A DNA stretch of 64,000 nucleotides, taken from Acidimicrobiia bacterium (GTDB lineage Bacteria > Actinomycetota > Acidimicrobiia > Spongiisociales > ZC4RG35). The notes under the pieces are model-generated. The model had not been told where the DNA came from. It made no database searches and was given only the letters and a program-made list of their open reading frames with translations. This document shows positions 29,231-41,039 of this stretch, in pieces (positions within the stretch are counted from its first letter, which is position 1; each line of letters opens with the position of its first letter). The stretch is taken from positions 896,001-960,000 of the forward strand of contig CBDBCY010000004.1 of assembly GCA_965203555.1 (NCBI GenBank), given 5' to 3'. The position numbers and the translations under genes were made by a program.

Positions 29231-31385
29231 CCGCTTTGAACCGGCGCAACCGCAACGAGTTGGTGACCACCGACACGCTGGAGAACGCCATTGCCGCCGC
29301 GGCGATCATCGGATTCAATACGCCTGCCGCGGCCAGGGGAATGGCAGCGACGTTGTAGATGAACGCCCACACCAGGTTCCCGACGATCACCCGGTAGGTT
29401 CCCCGGGCCAGGGCGAGGGAGGTGGGGACCCCTAGCGGATCGCCGCTCATCAGCACGACGTCGCCCGTCTCCACCGCCACGTCGGTTCCCGTCCCGATGG
29501 CGATCCCCAGATCCGCCGCCGCCAACGCCACTGCATCGTTGATCCCATCCCCGACGAACCCCACCACCTGACCCTGTTCCTTCATGCGGGCCAACTCCTG
29601 CGCCTTTTCGCCCGGAAGAACGCCGGCCTTCACCTTGTCGATCCCCAACCGTCCGGCCACCACCGATGCGGACCGGGCGTTGTCACCGGTGAGCATCCCA
29701 ACCGAGACCTTCATCGACCGGAGCCGGGAAACAGTCTCCTCGGAAGTGGGACGCAGGGAATCGGAGACCGCCAGCACGCCGCGGACCTCGTCCTCCCATC
29801 CCGCCACAAACACCGTCTTGGCCTGGTCTTCGAGTGTCCCTATCACCTCCCGTTGCCCGTCGGTGGTCTCAAGCCCCGCGTCGGCCAGGAAGTCCGTCTT
29901 CCCCACCCATACCCGCACCCCTTCCACTACTCCCACCACTCCCCGACCGGCCACCGTCTCCACCTCCTCGGGCGTCACGATCTGCACTCCTCGCTCTCGG
30001 GCGCCGTCCGCCACTGCTCGGCCGATGGGATGCGAACTGGCTCCCTCCACCGATCCGACCAGCCTCAGGAAGCTCGCCGGATCCTCGGCGGAGACATCGG
30101 TCAATGTCATCTCTCCTTCGGTGAGGGTTCCCGTCTTGTCGAAGACCACGGTGTCGACCGACCGGATACGTTCAAACACCTCTGCATTCTTGAACAGAAC
30201 GCCCAGTTCCGCTCCGCGGCCGCTCCCAGCCATGATGGCGGTGGGAGTGGCCAGACCCAACGCGCACGGACAGGCGATGATCAGCACCGCCACCCCGTTC
30301 CGCACCGCCAGCCACAGATCTCCGCCGAATACCAGCCATGCCACAAAGGTCCCTATCCCTATCAGGATCGAGATCGGCACGAACACGGAAGAAACCCGGT
30401 CCGCCAGCCTCTGGATGGGCGGCTTGGATGCCTGTACCTCCTCCACCATCGCCACGATCCGGGAAAGGGCGGTGTCGGCGCCCACCTCAGTCACCCTGAA
30501 CACCACCCTCCCCGTTTGGTTAATGGTGCCGCAGTACACCGCGTCACCAACCATCCGGTCCACCGGTACGGACTCTCCGGTGAGCATCGACTCGTCCACC
30601 GTGGAGTGGCCGCCTGTGATCACGCCGTCGGCGGGGAATTTCTCACCTGCCAAAACGACCGCGGCTTCGCCAACTTTCAAGTCCGCCTGCGAAACCTCCA
30701 CCTCCACACCTTCACGGATCACCCGTACCGAGGAACTGAACCCCAGTTCCACCAACTTGGCGACCGCCTGCGAAGCCCGGTCCTTGGCGCGGGTTTCCAG
30801 AAAACGACCCATGAGAATCAGGGTCACGATCATTCCCGCCGTCTCGAAGTAGACCGGACGACCGTCGATCGCGGCCCAGCTCGAATAGAAAAAGGCGGCC
30901 AATGTGCCGACCGACACCAGCGTGTCCATATTGGCTTGGAAAACTCGCGCCCTCTGGTAGGCGATCCGATGAAACTGCCGTCCCCAAACAAAAACCAAAA
31001 AAGCCGACAGCACCCATTGCAGCGCCAACCAGAACGGTTCATGGGGCGCCCCCATGGAGATGACCATCAGCGGGGCGACGAACAGCGCCGCAGCCACGAA
31101 GGTTTTCAGTTGCCGGCGCGTGTCCTCCTCGTAGATTCCGTCCGTCGCCGATCCTGCGACTTCATCCGGGAGCGGCGCCATCTCATAGCCGATTTCATGG
31201 ATCTCTTCGAACAGCGAGGAGACATCCGTGTCGGGGGCATAGGTAACTCGAACCTTGGCGCCCATCAGGTTTACCGAGGCCTCTGTCACGTCCTCCCTCT
31301 GCAACAGAGCCTGCTCCACCCGCCCCGCGCACGAAGCACACGTCATACCCTTGACCGAGAAGACGTCCGTGTGGAGAGTATTCAA
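29217..31385 (-). CDS. copA: Cu(+)-translocating P1B-type ATPase
   Basis: GMTCASC HMA, TGES, CPCALGLATP, DKTGT, HP, GDGIND, YN and MAFSS TM ligands. Confidence 0.95.
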   Translation of the reverse strand: MNTLHTDVFSVKGMTCASCAGRVEQALLQREDVTEASVNLMGAKVRVTYAPDTDVSSLFEEIHEIGYEMAPLPDEVAGSATDGIYEEDTRRQLKTFVAAALFVAPLMVISMGAPHEPFWLALQWVLSAFLVFVWGRQFHRIAYQRARVFQANMDTLVSVGTLAAFFYSSWAAIDGRPVYFETAGMIVTLILMGRFLETRAKDRASQAVAKLVELGFSSSVRVIREGVEVEVSQADLKVGEAAVVLAGEKFPADGVITGGHSTVDESMLTGESVPVDRMVGDAVYCGTINQTGRVVFRVTEVGADTALSRIVAMVEEVQASKPPIQRLADRVSSVFVPISILIGIGTFVAWLVFGGDLWLAVRNGVAVLIIACPCALGLATPTAIMAGSGRGAELGVLFKNAEVFERIRSVDTVVFDKTGTLTEGEMTLTDVSAEDPASFLRLVGSVEGASSHPIGRAVADGARERGVQIVTPEEVETVAGRGVVGVVEGVRVWVGKTDFLADAGLETTDGQREVIGTLEDQAKTVFVAGWEDEVRGVLAVSDSLRPTSEETVSRLRSMKVSVGMLTGDNARSASVVAGRLGIDKVKAGVLPGEKAQELARMKEQGQVVGFVGDGINDAVALAAADLGIAIGTGTDVAVETGDVVLMSGDPLGVPTSLALARGTYRVIVGNLVWAFIYNVAAIPLAAAGVLNPMIAAAAMAFSSVSVVTNSLRLRRFKAATAP

Positions 31386-31400
31386 GAGGGGGTCCCCGTT

Positions 31401-31640
31401 CTAGGTGCCTCTCGAAGTCAGGGGTCCCATCTCGTATCCGGCGTTCCGTACCTCATCGAACAGGGAGGTCACATCGGTCCCGCGGGCAAAAGTGACTTTC
31501 ACCTTGGCCGCCTTCAGGTTGACCTTGGCTCTCTTCACGTCCTCCCGTTGAAGAAGGGCACTCTCCACGTTCCCCGCGCACGAGCCGCATGTCATACCGC
31601 TCACTGAGAACACTTTCGTCTTCGTCCGGTAGGAAGCCAT
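31401..31640 (-). CDS. copZ: HMA-domain copper chaperone (CopZ-like, 79 aa)
   Basis: MASYRTKTKVFSVSGMTCGSCAGNVE; TAGAAT and GAGG upstream; last 79 aa of track ORF 31401..32288. Confidence 0.85.
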   Translation of the reverse strand: MASYRTKTKVFSVSGMTCGSCAGNVESALLQREDVKRAKVNLKAAKVKVTFARGTDVTSLFDEVRNAGYEMGPLTSRGT

Positions 31641-31815
31641 ATCAACCTCTATTCTAGTTTGCCCCGCCGAGGCTCCGTCGGCCTTTTGCGGCGCCGGGCA
31701 TCTCTCTGCGTTTTCGTGTGCCGCTGACCCGGACATGATTCTGTCAAGAGTCGGCAATGTCGGGCTGGCGATGTCTGAAAGGTGTTGAGAAACCCGATTG
31801 GAATGCGGGCGGAGA

Positions 31816-33027
31816 TCATTTTCTTTGCTTGATGAGAGGTTTGCGGGTGCGTCTACTACGGTATCGGTTGGTTTGGCGGGAGGGCCGCCAGCCGGTGGTT
31901 GGCGGTCGGCGGAGAAAGTACTTTCCCGCAAAGGACTTGCGCACTGTCCAGTCCTGGTCATGTACCTTGTGGTGGCATCGGCTGCACAACAGGCACAGGT
32001 TGTCAAGATCGGTGGGGCCTCCGTCCTGCCAATGGACAATGTGATGCGCTTGGCACCAGGAGGCTTTGGCGCCACAACCCACACAGTGCTTGTCTCGGGC
32101 GACCAGGGCGGCCCGTTGCGACCCTGAAGCTGTCCGCCGGGCCCGCCCCAAATCCAAGGGTATGGAAGGACCCGAGAAGATGGCGGGAAGGATCTGCGCG
32201 TCACATGCCAGGTGTCGCAGGGCGCCGACGGGAAGGGGGGTTCCGTTCTCCAGGCCAGGGTTGCCCAACTGCCCACTGACCGCGTCATAGTCGGCGATCA
32301 CCAACAATCTCACGCCCTGGGAACGACCGTTTCCCTCCCGGGTCACCAGTTCGGCCAGGGCGTCAGCCATCCGTTGCCCCGCCGAAGCCCGATCGGTGGG
32401 GTCTTCCTTGTGCCACAGTTCGTTCATCATCTGAGACACCGCCGTCTCAACCCGCGCACCCGTAATCGGATCGAAACGCCCGTACAACACAGTCATTCCA
32501 TCATCTTGGTCGGTGGTGATCTTTGCGAACCGACGCGACCGCTGATGCTCCAACTTCGACACACCGTCATCCTGGGACCGCTGCTGTTCGTGTTTGCGGA
32601 CGGTCCCGGCGAACTTGTCCGGCGACTGGCTTTTGGCATCGTCCAACAGTTCGTCTTCGTTGATGGTCCCCCTCTGGTTGGCGCCCGCCAAGATGCGGGC
32701 GTTGTCAGGAGAGATATCTCCTTTTTGGAAACCCTCCCGCGTTTTGGGCAGTTCTTCCAGTTCTCGGGCGGTCTCTACTTCTGCTCGGGCCTTCCGTCGA
32801 CCCAGCAGACCCTCTTCTCGTAATACTGTCTCGGCCACCTCCAACCCCGCCCGCCGCCGCAGTTCCGATATGGCTTCGGCACGAATGGCGGCGGCTTGGT
32901 TGCGGACGCGGATGGTGGACCGGATCCGCTGCAGCAACTGCTCAGACGAAGCCTCGCCCGCGGGAAGGGTGGGTAACAGCCCACGCATCCGATTGGTGAC
33001 AACGGTGCCCGCGGTTTGCTTGTTCAT
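31816..33027 (-). CDS. DUF222 + HNH endonuclease (REP13E12-like), copy 1
   Basis: QRMADAL, LACDA, PLDLGRARRTAS..QRAALVARDKHCVGC, CQAHHIVHWQDGGPTDLDNLCLLCSRCHHKVH. Confidence 0.9.
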   Translation of the reverse strand: MNKQTAGTVVTNRMRGLLPTLPAGEASSEQLLQRIRSTIRVRNQAAAIRAEAISELRRRAGLEVAETVLREEGLLGRRKARAEVETARELEELPKTREGFQKGDISPDNARILAGANQRGTINEDELLDDAKSQSPDKFAGTVRKHEQQRSQDDGVSKLEHQRSRRFAKITTDQDDGMTVLYGRFDPITGARVETAVSQMMNELWHKEDPTDRASAGQRMADALAELVTREGNGRSQGVRLLVIADYDAVSGQLGNPGLENGTPLPVGALRHLACDAQILPAIFSGPSIPLDLGRARRTASGSQRAALVARDKHCVGCGAKASWCQAHHIVHWQDGGPTDLDNLCLLCSRCHHKVHDQDWTVRKSFAGKYFLRRPPTTGWRPSRQTNRYRSRRTRKPLIKQRK

Positions 33028-33097
33028 GTCTACCAGTATGCACAGAGGGTGTGACAAAACATCCTGTATATCACTAAATTGTGAAAACAAACACTAA
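33025..33097 (-). promoter_or_regulatory. Conserved upstream block of HNH copy 1: hairpin plus TGTCAC-N10-CATACT promoter, leaderless ATG
   Basis: Inverted near-copy of 35060-35131. Confidence 0.7.
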
Positions 33098-33292
33098 GAG
33101 ATTCCCAGCGCCCGCCGCCCACAGGTCGGCGACGGACAAGAAGACCCCCACCCACCGTCATTGGCAACACCCAGTCGGTTTACGCACCTCTCGATGATGC
33201 GGGTAGGGGGCGGAGCGCCGGGCGCCGCACAACGCCGGTGTTCCGACCCATCCGGTCTCAGCTCCCTGTGCCCGGTTGGGTATTATGGCAGC

Positions 33293-33646
33293 ATGAGCCG
33301 GTCGGTTTCTGTTGCTGTGGACCATGACCCCCTGTTCTCCCAGATTGCCGAGGCTGTCAGACTTCATGCCAAAGGGGTGACAAAAGCACTGTTGTTTGGA
33401 TCCTTCGCCCGCGGAGAAGCCAAGAACGCCAGCGATATTGACATTCTGCTCGTATGGCCCGCCGACGTTGACGAGGACTCCCAGTGGGACGAAGCGATCG
33501 AAATGGCCCACCGCGTTGACAAGATCACCAATAGGGTCTGCCTTCCACTGATGTACACAGAGGACGAGTACCGGCAATTGCCTCAAAGGTATCCTCAACT
33601 GGCGGAGAACATCGCCCGAGATAGCATTGACCTTCTGAAAAGCTGA
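33293..33646 (+). CDS. Minimal nucleotidyltransferase (MNT) antitoxin
   Basis: LFGSFARGEAKNASDIDILLV; TATTAT 6 nt before ATG (leaderless). Confidence 0.88.
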   Translation: MSRSVSVAVDHDPLFSQIAEAVRLHAKGVTKALLFGSFARGEAKNASDIDILLVWPADVDEDSQWDEAIEMAHRVDKITNRVCLPLMYTEDEYRQLPQRYPQLAENIARDSIDLLKS

Positions 33647-33651
33647 ACCGC

Positions 33652-34056
33652 ATGAGGCGGGTGCGGACGAAGAGGTGCGAAAGGCGACACTCAGCTGCCA
33701 GGTTGGAACATGCTTTGTCCTTTGCGGCCCTGGCGACTTTGGATCCATTCTCGAATCATGGCGCCACCCGGTCTGCCGCGGTGAGCAATGCAGTGCTCGC
33801 CGGGATAGCCGCTTCGGATGTCATTTGTTGCAGGCTGCTGGGGATGAGGTCCGCAAGTTGGGATCACCGCGATGCTTTGGCGCTATTGGAGTCGGTCCCT
33901 GATATAGGGAAACAAGTTGAAGGGCGGCTCCGGGTTCTCCTCATCATCAAGGACAGAGCCCAATACCAACATGACGATCCGACCGTCTCGGACGCATGAC
34001 GTTCGATCCGGGCTATGAACGCCTTGATCGCAATGGCCGAGGATTGCCTCCATTAG
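33652..34056 (+). pseudogene. HEPN-like toxin with premature TGA at 33997-33999
   Basis: AVLAGIAASDVIC, DHRDALALL, KDRAQY; frame continues RSIRAMNALIAMAEDCLH* after the TGA. Confidence 0.65.
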
Positions 34057-34193
34057 CATCCGGTCAGCAGGCGAAGGCGTGTTCCCTGCGGCGCTTAGCG
34101 GTCCATCAAAGGGGTCCACATGTGGAGCGAGCGCGAGTCGCGCCACCGGCTGAACACCATTGAGGCCGTAAAGATACTGTCACATTGAGCAAT

Positions 34194-34427
34194 ATGAAGT
34201 CCATCCTGATACGAGAAGTCCCCGACGAAATCCACCTCCAACTCAAGGACCGGGCCAGAAGCACCGGCAAATCCCTTCAACAGTATCTGCTCGATGAACT
34301 GACCAGACTGGCTGAAAGACCCACCATGGAGGAGATTCTGGAGCGGATCGGAAGCCGCGACCCGGGACGAATCGATATGGAGACCGTCATTCGCGACTTG
34401 GATGAGGTACGCCGCGATCGGACGTGA
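34194..34427 (+). CDS. Ribbon-helix-helix antitoxin (FitA/VapB-like)
   Basis: MKSILIREVPDEIHLQLKDRARSTGKSLQQYL. Confidence 0.85.
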   Translation: MKSILIREVPDEIHLQLKDRARSTGKSLQQYLLDELTRLAERPTMEEILERIGSRDPGRIDMETVIRDLDEVRRDRT

Positions 34428-34537
34428 TAGTCGCCGATGCGTTGAGGACCTTTTGGCCATCCCCGGGGTGTAAACGGAGTCTTGTTTGCCTGTCTGGTTC
34501 GAGGGGAGGCATCTGGGTATTCATCCCGCTGCCTTAA
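34424..34537 (+). pseudogene. Stub of a deleted VapC toxin
   Basis: GTGA overlap with antitoxin stop; begins MIVADA (cf. MIVVDAS) and then loses PIN character. Confidence 0.5.
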
Positions 34538-34947
34538 GACACAAAACCGAAGAGGACATCGAGCGAGCGCTTCGCGCAAATTTCAGGGTTGATACCGAAG
34601 GCGCCCACGGGCGACAGGACATCGCGGCAGTGGCCAGCTGGGATATGAGAGGCCTGCCAACTCACCAGATGGACCTCAGCACGACCATGCCCCCACTGCT
34701 GCAGGCCCTTGTGGAGCACTTCGCAGTGGAGTGCTCCTAACACGACGAAATGGATCTCGTTGCCTCGGATTGGTCGAGCCATCACTTCGATGCATACGCC
34801 AGCAGTTGCGTGGCAAGCTTTGTAGCGTCACCGGCGCGGCGTTTGTATTTGCATCCGAGCCTGTACTACGCGAACTCGTTGACCACCCACCCGCGCGGCC
34901 TCTTGGGGCGTGTTCACATTATGTGGGATGCCGGCTGGTGGAGGTGA
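34486..34947 (+). pseudogene. Gene remnant of unknown family, in-frame TAA at 34738-34740
   Basis: ORFs 34486..34740 and 34750..34947 share a frame (ECS*HDEMDLV). Confidence 0.35.
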
Positions 34948-35059
34948 TGTGAGGGAGCAATCTAACCGGCCGGGGGGCCGGTTTCTGTCACCAAGCGATT
35001 GTTGGCTCGGTGTCATTCGGTTGCCGTTTGAGCTGTGAGGTGGACGCTGGTGGAAAGTT

Positions 35060-35131
35060 TTAGTGTTTGTTTTCACAACTTGGTGATATGCGGGGTGTTT
35101 TGTCACACCCCCTTTGCATACTGTAAGCATG
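35060..35131 (+). promoter_or_regulatory. Conserved upstream block of HNH copy 2
   Basis: GGGGTGT-TTTGTC-ACACCCC hairpin; TGTCAC(35101)-N10-CATACT(35117)-6 nt-ATG. Confidence 0.7.
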
Positions 35132-36352
35132 AATCAAGCAGTCAACACCCGGCGGTCCGCCAACCTGGCCAAGTTGCTGGCGCCCACCATCCCGGTCGTC
35201 GAGGTTACTTCCGAGCAGTTGCGGCAGCGTATACAGTCCACCATCCGCGTCCAGAACCAAGTGGCGGCGGTCCGCGCTGAGGCGGTGTCGGAGTTGCGCC
35301 GCCGCCAAGGGGCGGAGAAAGTGGAAACGATATTGCGAGAGGACGGTCTGCTGGGCCGTCGGAAGGCACGGTCGGAGGTGGAGACCGCCAAAGAACTGGA
35401 GGAACTGCCCAAAACGAGGGAGGGTTTCCAAAAGGGAGAGATCTCTGCTGACAACGCTCGTATCCTGGCGGGCGCCAACCAGAGGGGAACCATCGTAGAG
35501 GACGAATTGTTGGACGGTGCCCGTTCCCAGTCTCCTGACAAGTTCGCCCGTACGGTACGCAAACACGAACAACAACGCTCGAAGGATGATGGTGTGTCGA
35601 AGTTGGAGCATCAGCGTTCCCGGCGGTTCGCGAAGATCACCACCGACCAAGACGACGGAATGACCGTCCTTTATGGGCGTTTCGACCCGGTCACAGGCGC
35701 CCGGGTCGAAACGGCGGTGTCTCACATGATGAACCAACTCTGGCACAAAGAAGACCCCGCGAATCGGGCTACTGCGGGACAGCGGATGGTCGACGCCATA
35801 GCCGAACTGGTCACCCGCCAAGGAAAAGACGGTCAGTCTCAGGGGGTGAGGTTGTTGTTGATCGCCGATTATGACGCGGTCAGTGGACAGTTGGGCAACC
35901 CTCGCCTGGAGAACGGAACACCTTTCCCCGCGAAGACGCTACGCCAGTTGGCCTGCGACGCGCAAGTCCTCCCGGCGATCTTCTCGGGACCGTCGGTGCC
36001 GTTGGATTTGGGACGGGCCCGGCGGACGGCCAGCGGTTCCCAACGGGCCGCGCTGGTCGCCCGGGACAAACACTGCATCGGTTGCGGTACCAAGGCCTCC
36101 TGGTGCCAGGCGCATCACATTGTCCACTGGCAAGACGGGGGTGCCACGACCCTGGACAACATGTGTCTTTTGTGCAGCAGATGCCACCACAAAGTACACG
36201 ACAATGACTGGACCGTACACAAAACACCCACTGGAACATACACCCTCCGCAGACCACCAACCACCGACTGGAACCCACGTCGCCGTAACCCCAACCGCTA
36301 CAACCGCCCACCCGTCCGCAGACGCCGCCGCCCCGTCAAACAAAGAAAATGA
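35129..36352 (+). CDS. DUF222 + HNH endonuclease (REP13E12-like), copy 2
   Basis: Long identical peptide runs with copy 1, e.g. DDGVSKLEHQRSRRFAKITTDQDDGMTVLYGRFDP; intact HNH motif. Confidence 0.9.
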   Translation: MNQAVNTRRSANLAKLLAPTIPVVEVTSEQLRQRIQSTIRVQNQVAAVRAEAVSELRRRQGAEKVETILREDGLLGRRKARSEVETAKELEELPKTREGFQKGEISADNARILAGANQRGTIVEDELLDGARSQSPDKFARTVRKHEQQRSKDDGVSKLEHQRSRRFAKITTDQDDGMTVLYGRFDPVTGARVETAVSHMMNQLWHKEDPANRATAGQRMVDAIAELVTRQGKDGQSQGVRLLLIADYDAVSGQLGNPRLENGTPFPAKTLRQLACDAQVLPAIFSGPSVPLDLGRARRTASGSQRAALVARDKHCIGCGTKASWCQAHHIVHWQDGGATTLDNMCLLCSRCHHKVHDNDWTVHKTPTGTYTLRRPPTTDWNPRRRNPNRYNRPPVRRRRRPVKQRK

Positions 36353-36554
36353 AGAAATCCGCCACCCAAGAGCGTCAACACATCCCAGTAGCTTCTGTCA
36401 AACGCCGCGTGGTGGAGGGAGATGTCCGCCGCTACCAACTCGACAATGATTGGCCCGCATCCGTACCCTTTTCGACGCGCCAGTCGCCACCAGCACGCTG
36501 GACGCATTTACAGAAACGACATCTCCCTGTTCCAAAGAGACCCCGACATCCCGT

Positions 36555-36583
36555 TTGCGATTATGGCGGGTCTCAATTAACAT
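36555..36583 (+). promoter_or_regulatory. Sigma-A-like promoter
   Basis: TTGCGA-17 nt-TAACAT. Confidence 0.55.
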
Positions 36584-36588
36584 TGGGT

Positions 36589-36680
36589 ACCAGCCTGTCG
36601 GTCCGGCTAGTAGGCGTTGGCCGAATGCAGCCGCCATACCGCGGCGACGGGACCCCGGAACGCACGGGGTCCCTTTTTTT
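36589..36680 (+). ncRNA. Candidate structured sRNA or attenuator leader
   Basis: Lies between promoter and terminator; stems 36594-99/36646-51, 36604-10/36617-23, 36630-34/36641-45. Confidence 0.45.
36649..36680 (+). terminator. Intrinsic terminator
   Basis: GGGACCCCG-GAACGCA-CGGGGTCCC followed by T7. Confidence 0.88.
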
Positions 36681-36738
36681 GTGGACAAACCGGGCCAGAA
36701 TAAGGCCGATAGACCGATAATTTGGTGTAACAGGTTCC

Positions 36739-37868
36739 ATGCTTTACCTCGACCATGCCGCCACCACTCCGATTCGTCCCCAGGTGTGGGAGGCGATGTC
36801 GGATCTGGTCGATCGCGGGTGGGGCAACCCGACCGGATTCCATGCCTCGGCTCGGGCGGCCAAGAATGCGCTGGAGGAAGCGCGGGAGAGGGTGGCGGAG
36901 GTGTTGGGATGCCGTCCTTTGGAGGTGGTGTTCACCAGCGGCGGCACCGAGTCGGACAATCTGGCGATCAAGGGAGCGGCGCTTGCGGGAAGTGGACGGG
37001 GAGGGGTGGTCACTTCCGCTGTCGAGCACGAGGCGGTGCTGAACGCGGCTCGCTTCTTGGAGGAATGGGGCTGTCCGGTAACGGTCGTCAGCGTGGATTC
37101 CGATGGCTTGGTGGATCCCTCAGAAATAGCGGAGGCCGTGACTCCGGGGACCGCAGTCGTCTCCGTCATGGCTGCGAACAACGAGACTGGCGCCGGCCAG
37201 CCGATACGGAAGATCGTCGAAGCGGTGCGGGACCGGACAGGGCTAAATGCCCTGGTCCACACCGACGCCGTACAATCATTCGTTTCCGATGACCTCAGAG
37301 TGGATGAACTGGGAGTGGACCTCTTGACCCTGGCGGGCCACAAATTCGGTGGACCGACGGGGGTAGGCGTTCTGTATGTGCGGGAGGGAGTCACTCTGGA
37401 ACCGGTATCGCATGGAGGAGGGCAGGAGTTGGGCCGGCGTTCCGGCACTCACCATGTCCTGGGAGCGGTGGGCATGGCCATGGCCATGGAACTGGCAGCT
37501 TCGGACCGGGCCCGTTTCAACAGGGACGTGAGGGAAGCCCGGCGCAGGTTCGAGACGGCTCTGAGCGAGAGAGTTCCCCGATTGCTGGTCACCTCGCACT
37601 CCGCCCGCACCGTTCATCACTCCCACCTGCGATTTCCGGGAGTCGCCAACCAGACCCTCCTTGTCCGTCTTGACCGGTTGGGCCTGGCTGCCTCGGCCGG
37701 GTCGTCCTGCCAGTCCGGGGCGGCGAAAGTGTCCCATGTCCTTTCGGCAATGGGCATCTGCGACACCGAAGCCCGTTCCAGCGTCCGATTCTCGTTCGGA
37801 TGGACCACTCGTGCCTCCGACGGCGACCGTGCTGCGGATCTGGTCCTGCAGGCATTGGAGGGTTTGTT

Positions 37869-37872
<4 letters not shown>
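36739..37872 (+). CDS. iscS: Cysteine desulfurase (IscS/NifS family)
   Basis: YLDHAATTP, FTSGGTESDN, HTDAVQ, GHKFGGP, SAGSSC. Confidence 0.93.
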
Positions 37873-40972
<3,100 letters not shown>

Positions 40973-41039
40973 AGTCTGTCGGCCAACCGACCCGCCTCTT
41001 CGCAGAGCAGAATCCCCGGCAAAGGGGTATGATTCAGGC

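Noticed and set aside
31401-32288. 295-aa ORF fusing HNH-region sequence to an HMA domain
   Set aside because: The upstream part is an alternative frame of the HNH gene; copZ has its own -10 box, RBS and ATG at 31640
33997-33999. Selenocysteine at the HEPN TGA
   Set aside because: Not a Cys/redox position and no convincing SECIS hairpin; CGA-to-TGA is simpler
36353-36680. Structured RNA as a guide RNA belonging to the DUF222-HNH element
   Set aside because: No equivalent sequence downstream of copy 1 (31641-31815); homology ends shortly after the stop codon
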